Source: Lobosporangium transversale (Eukaryota). From it: a stretch of 64,000 nucleotides of DNA. Below the pieces are notes generated by a model. That model was given only the letters and a program-made list of their open reading frames with translations. It was not told the DNA's origin and made no database searches. The translations under genes were made by a program, and so were the position numbers. The first letter of the stretch is position 1, and each line of letters starts with the position of its first letter. The DNA is taken from positions 186,001-250,000 of the forward strand of contig NW_019029000.1 of assembly GCF_002105155.1 (NCBI RefSeq). Direction: 5' to 3'. Shown one piece after another: positions 1-11,965 of this stretch.

Positions 1-1
1 T

Positions 2-284
2 GATCCGGTCTCTGGAGCAGAGACGCAGGATATGACAGACTCTAGAGTGATTGAGAGTCGACCGGTAGAAAAAGATGGGAGCACCATCCAGACTGAGTTA
101 ACTAAAAAGCCAAGTGAACAACCAAGTCAAGAACCTGTAGAGATAGCCGAAAATGAGGATGATACTCAACTCATGGGCCTGCAACAACAAAGACCATTAT
201 TAGTTGTATCGGTAGTCAACGACTCGTCCAAAAATAATCGGATCCATTCCGATGCTGCTACAGTTACGACTGCCACTGCCACTG

Positions 285-323
<39 letters not shown>

Positions 324-1822
324 ATACTAATACTAATACTATGGCTACCACTATTACATCTGATCCTACTACTGCTGATTCTGTTGGTTCAGAAAGCAGC
401 AATGAGACAGCGCCTTCAAAGGTGATTCGTCCATCCTATCGTCACATGCAGGGACATGCCACCAGAACGGTTTCCACATCTGATATGCCGTCTTCCTCCA
501 ACACACAACCAATGAGACAACATCGACCACAGATTCCTTCTCCAACACGATCCAGATCCTTCTCCAATTCACATGTGGGGACTGGTTCCTCTTCATCTGT
601 TGTCAAACCTGTGTCGATTCTCAAGAACAAACCAAAGTCCATTTTACGTACTCGTTCACGATCGGGGGGTAGTTATAGTAGTAGCAGTAGTAGTCCAGCA
701 TTCGTAGAGACATCAGGTGTTGGCGGTGCTCTTGCATATTCAAATACACATTTGCATGATATGTTTATCTCTGCATTTCCAGCACCGCCTAAGCACAGCA
801 CAAATAGTTACAACAACAGCAGCATAGCCATTCGTACGTCTATTTCTTCAGACACGTCGTCCATCTCACGATCATCACTGTATTTACTACAAGATCCTAT
901 GGCGACACCTCCTATGAGCATACCAACGTCTCCTCCTTTATCAGTGGTAACGACCTCTACGACATCAAACACAAGTGCGAATGCAGCAACGGGGACAGCG
1001 ATGATAGGGGTAGGATTAGGCATCGATACAGAGCGACGAGAAGAGTCTGCCAAGGGCTTTTCAACAGAAGGTGTTTTAAAGACCAGCAGCAAGCCAACAA
1101 TAATAACAAGCGGTCTCCATAGACAACGGCGGGTATCTGTCAAAGAAGTGGGTGGTCCTGTTTCAGGTAAGAAAAGAAAATAATATATATTTTTGAGTTT
1201 AGAGAGAGAGAGAGGAGGGAAGCACACAGACCACTCAGGACGCGTAAAAGGAAATGGTGGTACAAAAGAAAATCGCAAGAGAGACACGGGTATTTTTTTT
1301 TTTTTTTTCCTCCAGTCGAGTCAGTCCAGGAAAGAGAGAAGAAGAAAGGGACAAATATTCCATTCACATGAAAGAAAAAGAAAAGAAGAAAAGAAGGAAA
1401 AAAAAAAAAAAAAAAAAAAAAAGAGAGATGCGGAAAGAAATGAAAAAGCGTGCTAAAAGGAGAAAAATGCAGGTGTTGAGAAATCAATGAGCATTGAAGC
1501 TCTTTCGCTTTTTTATGGTCTGCATGGTAAATTAACAATTAAGGAGTTGCAAAAGAGACTTAGAAAGCACTAGGGGTTTGTTTTTTTGTTTTATAAGAGA
1601 TTTTCTAATACAGATTTGTTTTGGAGTTTAAAATATTCATATTCATAATATGTCGAGTGAATGAGCATTGGGATGAGATGGGATGGGATGGGATGGTGTG
1701 CAACAGCACCGAACAGGGATTAGCGATTTGTAGCAGATTAAAAAAGATATGCATATGGCTCTTTTTTGAACAAGCCATTCTCTCTTCCGCAAGCTTACCC
1801 CGAAAGAAGATGATGGGGAGAT

Positions 1823-1860
<38 letters not shown>

Positions 1861-3349
1861 TGAAGTGAGCGAGCAAAAAAAAGTCCTTTCAGGTTTGAAA
1901 AAGTTAGTAGAAAAGGGATTGAAGGAGCAAAGAGCGAAAGAGCATTCATTGTTACACTGCCTTTAGGATAAGATGCCCTTTTTACTTTCTTCCCCCCTGC
2001 CATCATTACCTATTACCGATCACACCTATCACTACTCACTGCATGTCCTTAGCTCCGTTGTTTATGAGCAACGGTCAATGGCGATGGCAAATGTTTCCCC
2101 TTCACCCTCTTTTTTTTTTTTTTTTTTTTTTTTCCCTTCCCTTTTTCTTTTCTTTTTTCTTTTCTTTTTTTTTTTATCTGTTCAGCATTCACATCCCATC
2201 CGACGTTATCCACATTTGTATTTTTTTTTATTTTTATTTTACGACGTGACACGAACTCCTTCATAACGATTGACATCCCACACTCATGATCAAACGCCTC
2301 AACGACTAATTTATTTCATGACCTTTGGTAATCCATCGTACGCTTTCTATTCCAACGATATCAATCACTCCCTTTTCCTTACCATTCCATTGGATCTAGT
2401 TTTATTTTTATATTTATTTTTATTCTTATTTTTATCCAATATTTTGTGATTCAATACATTCCTAAAATAAACATTTTTTTCCCTGGCGACGATCAACGAC
2501 CCTCTTTTTCTCTACACTTCGACTCTTTTCTTCACAACTTTCTTGTTTTATCCATTCTTCTCCTTCTCTATTCTATCCTATTCTATCCTCTATCCTCTTC
2601 TCTCTCTCTCTCTCTCTCTTCTCTTTCACTTTCTCACTCTCACTCTTTCACTTTCTCACTCTCCTTCACTCTCTTGCTTTCTTTTCTTTTCTTTTCTTTT
2701 CCTCTTTTTCTCTCTTCAAGTGTTGATACCTTTGCCTCAGATTATTATGTGAGATTCCCTTCCATCTCTCTCTCTTGCCATTCTTATCCTGTCATTACCT
2801 TTTTATTTATTTATTTATTTATTTATTATCCATTGAATGTCCTATCCACATCATTCTTATTAAACCATTGGTTCTTTGGATCGGCAACTGGGGAGACAAC
2901 AATGCTGTGTACAGCATAATTCATAGACAACACGAGATATAAATTACCAGCGATTGTCATTTAGTCAGACCTGTGAATGTGTTGGTCCTTGCTTACTCTT
3001 CATAATGTGTATCTTAATGCTCAGCATCGGCGTTTTTTTTTTTTTTTTTTTTTTTTTCTTGGTTGGGTTGTTAATATGATGACATGATCCAAAAATCCCT
3101 TCTCTTTCTCCTTTTCTCCTTCCTGCGACGCGGCTGCTGGTGAAACTTTTGTCCATTGCATGTCCTTTTCTTGTTACAAGCGTCAATAGACAAAGAATTT
3201 CCGTCCATGACTTGCACAATGCTCTCTTTTCATTTGCTCTTATTCCTCTATCGCTATGGTGCATATCTTTAAACTTATCCTTGATCTTTGCCGACTGACC
3301 CAGCCCTCTCTCTCTCTCTTTTTTTTTAAACATCTCACAACTCTCCATC

Positions 3350-3396
<47 letters not shown>

Positions 3397-4985
3397 AGCC
3401 TCCACCTCTCCATCTGCCAGTCCTCTTTCTTACACACGACCGCGCATGCCATCCACTCCTAGTGCTTCACACGGTCCAGATGGCCTGGGACTCGAGGACG
3501 ACGAATATTACCATGTCTCAACACCACAACCTCACTCAGAGTCATCCGTTACTGCACATAACCGTCTCTCCTTCCCCTCCCTAAACGATTACAAAATGCC
3601 CCCTACTTTCTCCCCTACACAACCACCAAGCCCTGCTACATTCATCCCCTCACAAAACTACACTCCACTCACGCTCAAGAGTGTACGTGCTGCAAAGTCA
3701 AGGAGCAAGCAACTCCAGGAACCCCAGATCGGTGTTGCTACTGGCATCCGTCGCAACTCATTTCCCAAATTATTTCACACCACTTCTGGCCTCATCAATG
3801 GACCTGTGCTTCCATCCATAACAGATCTCTCATCAACTACGACAATCGAACCTAGTGAGTCCCATCAGCCCTCTGAAGACCCCTCACTTTCAATACGTCG
3901 CCGAGAGCATTCAGCAGTCGCTAGAGCAGGCCACAGTGGAATTCAGGTAATGCCTCGACCAATCTTGAAAGATACTTCTTCCAGGGACAGGATATCAAGG
4001 GAGAGCTGGATGTCGGAACCAACTGGCATGACAATGTCCAATTCACATTTCTCAGGAGCAGGAGCCATCTCCAGACCTTCCAGCGCCATGTCTTTTACCC
4101 ATTCCTCATCCTCACCCGCAGCACCACCCAAGAGCCTCGCCAGGACCAACAGTGCTAAACGACAGTCTAGATTAAGTCGGATGTCCTCTTCACAAGAGTA
4201 CGATCAGGACACACTGAGTCCACGGGGGCGTCAGGGAAGCATCGGGTATGGTCTAGATCATAAACCTCGGAGACAAAGCGCTGGACCTGGCCATCTCCTG
4301 TACACATTTGATGCTATTGTAGGCTTTGAAAGTGAAGAGTATGAAGATAGTGATCTGGATGATCCAGAGCAGCATTCAAGGCGCTTGCAGGAACAATATG
4401 CTCTATTACAACAATCACATCGACAGTCCACAACGGATAGCCGTCCTGGTTCTCGTCTGACGATGACTGGAGTAGCTGATTTGTTGATTGCAGACGACAG
4501 GCCTTATCTCTCTAAACAGGGACAGCGCAAGTCTCTGGGAGATGAACTCAATGTGCCTCCTGTGCCCGAAAAGAGTGCACAAAGGAAGAGAGTCTCGACC
4601 ATGGGTTCCGCCACACTACCAACCGTGTCACCAACTCTCAAAGCTGCCTATACGGCCCACAGCAGCACCAGCACCAGCACTAGCATCGTCACACCTATTC
4701 CCCAGATACCTGCTGACCAGAGACCTCACGGCTCCATTGACCCCCTCTCACTTTCATTCGAACCACTGTTTGCGCTTAAGGACTCTGGAATAAAAGCTAT
4801 CAAGGTTGATGGATCTCAACCGTCAGCTTCCCAGGACTTGATTCCGAGCCGATTTTCTGCAGTCTCAGATTCAGACTGGAGCACCGCCATGTCAACAGTA
4901 GACCTGAATCAACAGGGTGTCTCCATCCTAGATCTTAGCAAGCGAGAAATGACTGAGATCCCTTCTGATCTTCCATCCAGTACGA

Positions 4986-5030
<45 letters not shown>

Positions 5031-5488
5031 ATTCACTTGATATTTTGATCATCATGAATATTTATGAAGATGATATATGAGTTTAATATTATCACTGATT
5101 TTTTTTTTTTCTTTTCTTTTTTTTTCTTTTTTTTTTTCCTTTCTTAGCTACGACACATCTTCGATTATCTTACAATATGATCAAAATATTTTCACCTATT
5201 ACAAGTTTGACATGTCTCAATCATTTAGAAGTCCTTGATTTGTGCGATAACCAACTTGAGATCTTACCACCAGAGATTGGTCTGTTGACAAAGCTGAAGG
5301 AACTGTATCTGTCCAATAATAAACTTTGGAAGATTCCAGATACTATTCAAAAAATGGCTCGCTTGGAGGTTCTCGACATTCGCAATAACCAATTTTATCT
5401 CTTGAGTAAGTCTTTATTTTTTTTTTTTTTTAGTGTTAACGAAGCATGTGGAATTTGGTTTCTAACTGCTCCACTTGCTTACAAACCG

Positions 5489-5519
<31 letters not shown>

Positions 5520-6818
5520 ATAGCCCCAGCCATTGGACGATTGAAGACATTAAGGCAACTAGATATTCGGAACAATCACCTCAAGTCACTACCAGCCCCA
5601 ATGTGTATGCTTTCTCAGACGCTTTCGACGTTGTTAGTTGATGGAAACCAATTTGTTCAGCCCTTTTTGGATCTGCTCCAACCACTTATAATGGATGAAA
5701 AGTCTTCGTTTGGACAACAGAGTTTCCTTGGTGATGACCCCTATGGAGATCCCCGTAGTAAAAGCCCGGGATCATCGGCTAGCGGAAAGACATCCGTGGC
5801 GACATATGAGCCTTGGAGACGGTCCGTTACACCCAACTCGACAAGGCGCTCAGGTGCCGCATCAGGAGCATCCAACATGCTCAAGCGTCGATCCCATGGT
5901 GATTTGTTGACTTTGATAGGCATACAGAAGAAGGACGATGGATCGTTTGCAGAGGATATGGGCGCAGTGGATCTGTCACAAAAGTCTGCAGGAACACAAA
6001 TCGCAGCTACGCTTGGCCCCGATACTAGCAGACCGAGAAGGGAGAGATCTGTGTCAACGTCAACAGTCACTACAGAAAAGACGACAGAGGTTCATACGGA
6101 GATTTCAGCCCCAATACCCACTTCATCTGCACACCCCCTGTCTCTCAACAAGTTGCTCAAATCAATCCGAAAGGGCAGCAAGTCTTCCAAGAAGGATAAG
6201 GAGAAACAGGATACCACCAGCAGCAAGCGTCATTCCCTTGGCAGTGAGACTGACCCAATAGCCGATACCGATTTAGATATCGCTCTAGAAAGCAATTCAA
6301 AGCCCAGTTCTAAAGGCTCGAGCGGAAAACGTTCCGGTAACGGAATCAATCAGTGGGTACGTGAGCGACTGCATAAGAGGACAAGCTCGGGCGAGCTTGG
6401 CGCAATGGCTGATAGTCATGGATCGACAGGTTCATTCAATAATGACAGTGCTGCTGATGGACTCGATGGATTCGCTGCTCGGGATTCTGGCTACGGGGCC
6501 ATTAGCACAAATGGTGCTCCTCAGTTGAGCACGTCTCTTGGAAGTACTCCGGATCTCAGTCAGACATTGCCCCATGGAGGAAGAGGATCTGGTGTACTTG
6601 ATCATCGCTTCCAGAATAAGAGCACTGGACATCTGCCTTATGGCTCGTCACACTCATCTCGGGATACCCATGATTCACCATCGTTTGATCCAACCCAACG
6701 TCAAGAGAAAAACTATCGACATAGCTATATGAGTGTTGAGAGCCAAGCAACGCAAGGAACAGAAAACGACTCGGATGTTGTGGATGCAGATGCAGCTATT
6801 GCACAACAACACCAACTT

Positions 6819-6857
<39 letters not shown>

Positions 6858-7481
6858 CAGCATCGTTTGTCCTCGGTGCATTCACCTACAACTCCTTTAC
6901 CATCGTCGCCTGTGATCAGTGGCATAAGCACGATAAGCAGTACAAGTACTAGTCCTTATAATTATATTTCTCGATATAACCAGAGTGCTGTCTATATCAA
7001 GCCGTTGATGCATTACCTTAAAGATCTTTATGATCTAGATCCTGACTCATCTGAATGGGAGGAAGTCTACGCATGGCGACGTGTCTGGAACGCGGAAAGG
7101 ACCAGCGCCACGGCTGTAGGGGCGGGGGCGGGGCCAGGGGCAGGAGCAGAGGACAGTACAGGTGAGGTTGCTGAAGAAGAGGGCAATGAGCAGACAGAGA
7201 AGCGAGAAAAGGATGAGGAGATTAGGCTCGCCAAGCTTCAAACCCAAGCAGCGAGGAGACGTAGGATTGTGGATGAGATTGTGGCGACAGAGAAAACCTA
7301 TGTCGAAGGCTTGAAGGGACTTGTGGAGATCTACCTTACACCGGCTCTCCAGGTCATGCCCCCTAGCGACCACAAGGCGGTGTTCTCGAATGCCCAGGCC
7401 ATCTACACCTTCCACGCGAACCACTTCCTTCCTGAATTGGAGAAGGCACATCATCAAGCTAGGACTGGAGAAAATACCTTG

Positions 7482-7516
<35 letters not shown>

Positions 7517-8930
7517 GCCTTCTGCCATGAGCCGTACCAGTTCCCTTCCAGCAAATATGAGCAATAAGCGTCCTTCTACTCCTTCTTCTATGGCTCCATC
7601 GGCGACTTTACATTCGATTTCTGATGAAGATCAGACAGATGATGTCTCTGCTATTAATGGTCAACAGGATAGTGACACTACTGTAGCTAGTAGCGGCAAT
7701 GGCACAGATGGGAAAATTGAATCATCCAGCGCCACTATGGAATCGATCAAGCTGGCAGGGGAGGACCGTATCGGAAAGGTGTTTGCAGATCATGTGGCGT
7801 ACATGAAGATGTACAGTTTCTACATCAATAACTTTGACAATGCGCTCCGAGTCCTTCAAACACAGCTGACACAGGCCAAGTATAAGAAGAAGATGAAGGA
7901 GTTTTTGAGACGATGCGCCAAACATCCAAACCACACTCAATTGGGACTCCAGGGCTACTTGCTTCTGCCTGTGCAACGTATTCCACGCTATAAATTGTTG
8001 CTGACAGACTTGTTGGAGAACACATGGCCAGATCATGTAGATTACCAGGATATTGCGTCTGCACTAGAGAAGATTTCGTCGCGTGCAGATGAGATGAATG
8101 AGCGGAAGCGGCAGTACGAGAATCATGAGAAGGTCCTCTTGATCCAGAATCGGATTATAGGACAGCATAAGGCGCCATTGGTACAACCTCATCGAAAGGT
8201 GGTACGCGAAGGAATGTTGCATCTGATCAGGATTGTGACCAGGAATGTGGCAATGGGGGTTGACAATAAGGTCGTGCCAGTAAATGCTCCAATAGTAACA
8301 AGCCGTAGCTTGAGCACTGCAGCAAACTTGGTGGATCTTCGTCAGACGACAGTAGCAGCAACTGGGGACCACACGATTCACTACTTGTCGGAAGAAACAG
8401 TTGAGAAATCTTTCTTGTTTATCCTGTTCAACGACATCTTGATTCAGTGTAATACTATTGCAGGCAAGAATGCTGGGGGGTCAGGATCAAGTGGTCAGAA
8501 TGCGAACAATAGCAACAGTACGATCAATCAGAATGGAGGAGCAACATCCATCCATGGCTCTAGTTCCTCTATTGTGGGTGCGAACGCCAACGGAACAGGT
8601 GCAGCAGCTTCAGGTAGCTCGGATACAGCAGCCAAGAACTTGGAATTATGCAGAATCCTCCAGCTCGAGTCACGACTTCACCCGGCTGAAGTTATTGGAC
8701 AAGATGGTAAGTTTTTTTTTAAGTTTTTTTTTTTTTTTTGTCTTGCAATGTCATGTATGCTCTCGGTTAATTTTTGAAACAAAGATCATCGGCCTAACAT
8801 GCTATAAACTTTTGATTATATCTTTCCAAACGTAGTCCTACGTGTGGTGGATGATACGATGGTGCTTTACCTGACTGGTGATAAGGATGTTATTCAAGCA
8901 TGGAAGGATGATATTAATTCGCGTTGGTAG
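2..8930 (+). CDS. Large LRR + RhoGEF (DH) + PH domain protein with long Ser/Thr-rich N-terminus, 5' partial. Exons <2..1166, 3399..4979, 5148..5405, 5524..8706, 8836..8930
   Basis: LRR consensus repeats (LEVLDLCDNQLEILPPEIGLLTKLKELYLSNNKL, LRQLDIRNNHLKSLP). DH motifs RRRIVDEIVATEKTYVEGL and YLLLPVQRIPRYKLLL. PH-like RKVVREGML...FLFILFNDILI...WKDDI. All four GT-AG junctions are phase 1 and in frame. The link to the first exon (2..1166) is less certain than the rest. Confidence 0.85.
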
Positions 8931-9372
8931 ACAGAGACAGCAGCCTTTTATTTTTTTCTTAATTTCTTGTATTTAGTGAAAATTATGCACAAAAACTTTT
9001 ATATTTTTTTTTCTATATACCATCATGTTTTCAACTATTGTTTTTTTCTCTTTCTTAGAAATGTTTTTATTCTTTTTATTTTTTATTTTTTATATCATTA
9101 ATATTCAATTTTTTTTTTTATTTTTTTTTTTTATTTTTTTTTAACTAAAGCAAATCTTGTGGCAATAATAAGCAATGAAATTTTACAAGAAAAGAGAAGA
9201 AAAAAAAAAAAAAACCCTTCATCTAATGTATTTTATCTAATAAATAAACAATAATGATCGATAATTTACATTACAGCTTGATCTTTATGTTTTTGATTTT
9301 GCTTTTGCTTTTAGGTGTATGCGCCGCCTCGTGTAAACGTCGTGTAAGATCAAAAAAAAATAAAAAAAAAAT

Positions 9373-9404
<32 letters not shown>

Positions 9405-9667
9405 TTCTCGAATGTTTCTCTGAGATGGCCAGTAAAGCTCCCTCGGGAAGTCTGGGCTAGGAGACAAATATAATATACTGCTCTGAAAGACGCTTAGAGT
9501 AACATTCCCCCATTTGTATGACCACACTTCATAGACCTCCCTTTTACGCGTACACAAACAAAGTTATACGCGTCATTTACATCCTACAGCCTCTTTTCGT
9601 AATACTTCCCCCTCCCCCTCCCCCTCACCCTCTCCGCCCAACTACCACAAGCATTTATCATCATGTA

Positions 9668-9934
9668 CATCACACGTAGTAGATCGTGTAGACTGGCCGC
9701 CCAGCAGAAAGGAGAAGCCAGGGAGGCCAGAGGTAACAACCAGGGATCGGAGACTGTCATCGGAAGAGCTCTGGGGAGGTTGCTGGAGCCTCTGCGCTGC
9801 TTACGCTCGGTTCTGGATCCCAGGAGAGACTTTGGAGCGCTGCATTTACCGCCAGGACCAAAGCCACTGTCGGCCTGGGGGGAACGGCAGCTATAAGCCA
9901 TCAACGACAACGCAGAAGAATAGCTGACGTGATG
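9668..9934 (+). ncRNA. Candidate structured non-coding RNA of unknown family
   Basis: GC-rich island in AT-rich spacer with many complementary segments: CATCAC/GTGATG, ACACG/CGTGT, CTGGCC/GGCCAG, GGGATC/GATCCC, GAGGTT/AGCCTC, CTTTGG/CCAAAG, CCAGG/CCTGG, CAGCTAT/ATAGCTG. No overlapping ORF resembles a protein I recognise. Confidence 0.35.
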
Positions 9935-11515
9935 AAGATAAAGATAAAGATAAAGATAAAGAGGATAGGCTGTCAAGGTGCGTTTGTTTATGCAAAACAT
10001 GGTACCAACCCATTAAGCGTGGTCTATTCTTTTGGATATACAATAGAAACAAACCAAACCAAACCAAACCAAACCAATCCAAAAAAAAAAAAAAAAAAAA
10101 AAAAAAAGAAGAGAAACTTTATGATGTATAAATGTATATATATTATATATATAATAGAAACAAAGAAACTCCGGGGGAAGGGGGGGGAGGGGGGAGGGAT
10201 TGTAAAGTATAATATATAGCATAAACCAAAAAAGCCTGTTCCAAAAGAGAAGGAGTAAAAGGGAAAAGAGAGCATAAAGCTGAGGTGATTAATGGGTCTT
10301 GGCCATGCATGCAAAGTATGGAACGCTTTTCTGGGTTGTGAAAGGTGGAAAGCTCTTTTATTGGCACAGACTGGACCAATGGCGTCAATAGGGTGAGGGC
10401 CCAAGAAGGTATATATGTAGCGCAGACACCTTCAACAGACCAACCACTAACGGTCGTGGACAGCCAACTCACCTCTTCCTTCATTCAGTAGTAATATCCA
10501 CTGCTCCCAATGTAGAGATTTTATTTGACAACGTAATGGGTGCAGATATATAGATAGATATTATATTATATATGTTTATGCAATGCAAAAGAAACAAAAC
10601 CAGCTTTGACTGGACTGGAGAGTCGAAATGTGGGAAAAAGAAAAGAGTGTTACTGCAAAATGATAAAAATAAAATGGCATTGCATCGCCTTTTTTTTTAA
10701 AAAAGTTAAACTTGTCTGGCTGGCTCTAAGAAAGTCAGGAAAGAGTCTTGACTTCTTGACTTTTTGACTTCTTTGGTGCAAAAAAAAAAAAAAAAAAAAA
10801 ACAAAAAAAAAACTCTGGAAAGAGGATAGTATCCCCGTTCCCTTTGAGATGCCAGAGGTATCCAATTGAATAACTGTGAGGGGGGAGGGTAAATTGCGAG
10901 AGGTTTGGTTCGGAACAAATTTGTTTTTTCTATTTGCCGGTGTCTAGGCTGAAATGTCGGATGAATCAATGGTGTCGAATTAAATGATGCAGAGAAAGAC
11001 TGTTAATCCAATCAGTATGCCCAATGTGTGGATTGTTTTACAATTATAATAATAATAATAACAATAATAATAATAATAATAACAATAATATATAATTTTA
11101 TTATTACTTTAATCTCATTGTTATTACAGATATGTTAGACATGTATACATGTAGATATTATCTAAACATGCATAGTATAGTAGTACAAGTATGGATGTAT
11201 AAAATGCCTAGACATCTCGATTTGTGGAGAACGAAACTTGGCTTTTGGCTCTTTGTTATGCTCCACTGAGACGGAGAACGGAGATTTCTTTTTTAGTCCG
11301 TGTATTATAAATATGGTGGAGATTTGTCGATCTCTTTTACTTGCTCATTCCAATCCTCTTATAGACTCTCTTGCTCATTCAAAACCCATTGGGGGAGGGG
11401 AGAGGTAATGAGCCATTGAGCCATGGGAGAAGGGGGCGGCGGGGGGGGGGGGGGGGGCAAATGATGACCAATTGTGGCACAAACATAGCGCAATGTCATT
11501 AGCCCACGGACATGG

Positions 11516-11546
<31 letters not shown>

Positions 11547-11934
11547 TTTTACGCTCAGATTGGTTTTTGCCGCCATTTTGTCTTCAGGGGTTAAGAAAGC
11601 AAAAAGAAAAGGCAAAACATGAGAGGAAAGAAAATCAAACAAAGATGGGAAAAGAATAACAACAAATGACAAGAAAAAAAAAAACAATGACAGTAACGAG
11701 TAACAAAAAAAAAAAAAAAGGGGGAGGAGAGACCATCATAAGAACTAAACAAACAATCAAAACGAACGAACTATAACAACAACAATTGCAGCCAAGACGA
11801 AAGGCGGGTCGCAATAAATTCAATAAATAAATAAAAAAAAAAGCGGGAGAAATTGCAAAGGTAAGGTAGCTGATAATGATGGAAACAATTTCGTCCGATA
11901 GGATCGATAGGATTGAACATTACCTTCCCGGCGG

Positions 11935-11965
<31 letters not shown>

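Noticed and set aside
1140..3460. Many short ORFs rich in F, K, L/S or E/R
   Set aside because: They are translations of poly(T)/poly(A)/(GA)n tracts in intronic or intergenic DNA. The same applies to most short ORFs across the window.
9733..9742. ACAACCA as a telomerase template for (CCACAA)n-type telomeres
   Set aside because: Only 7 nt with 1-nt redundancy, and this organism's telomere repeat is unknown to me.
9663..9896. 77-aa + strand ORF (and 138-aa minus-strand ORF 9584..10000) as protein genes
   Set aside because: No recognisable motifs. Openness is explained by high GC. Kept only as alternatives to the ncRNA hypothesis.
9899..9926. TCAACGAC...AAGAATAGCT resembling group I intron R/S elements
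   Set aside because: No P/Q elements or P7 pairing, wrong spacing, and no host gene.
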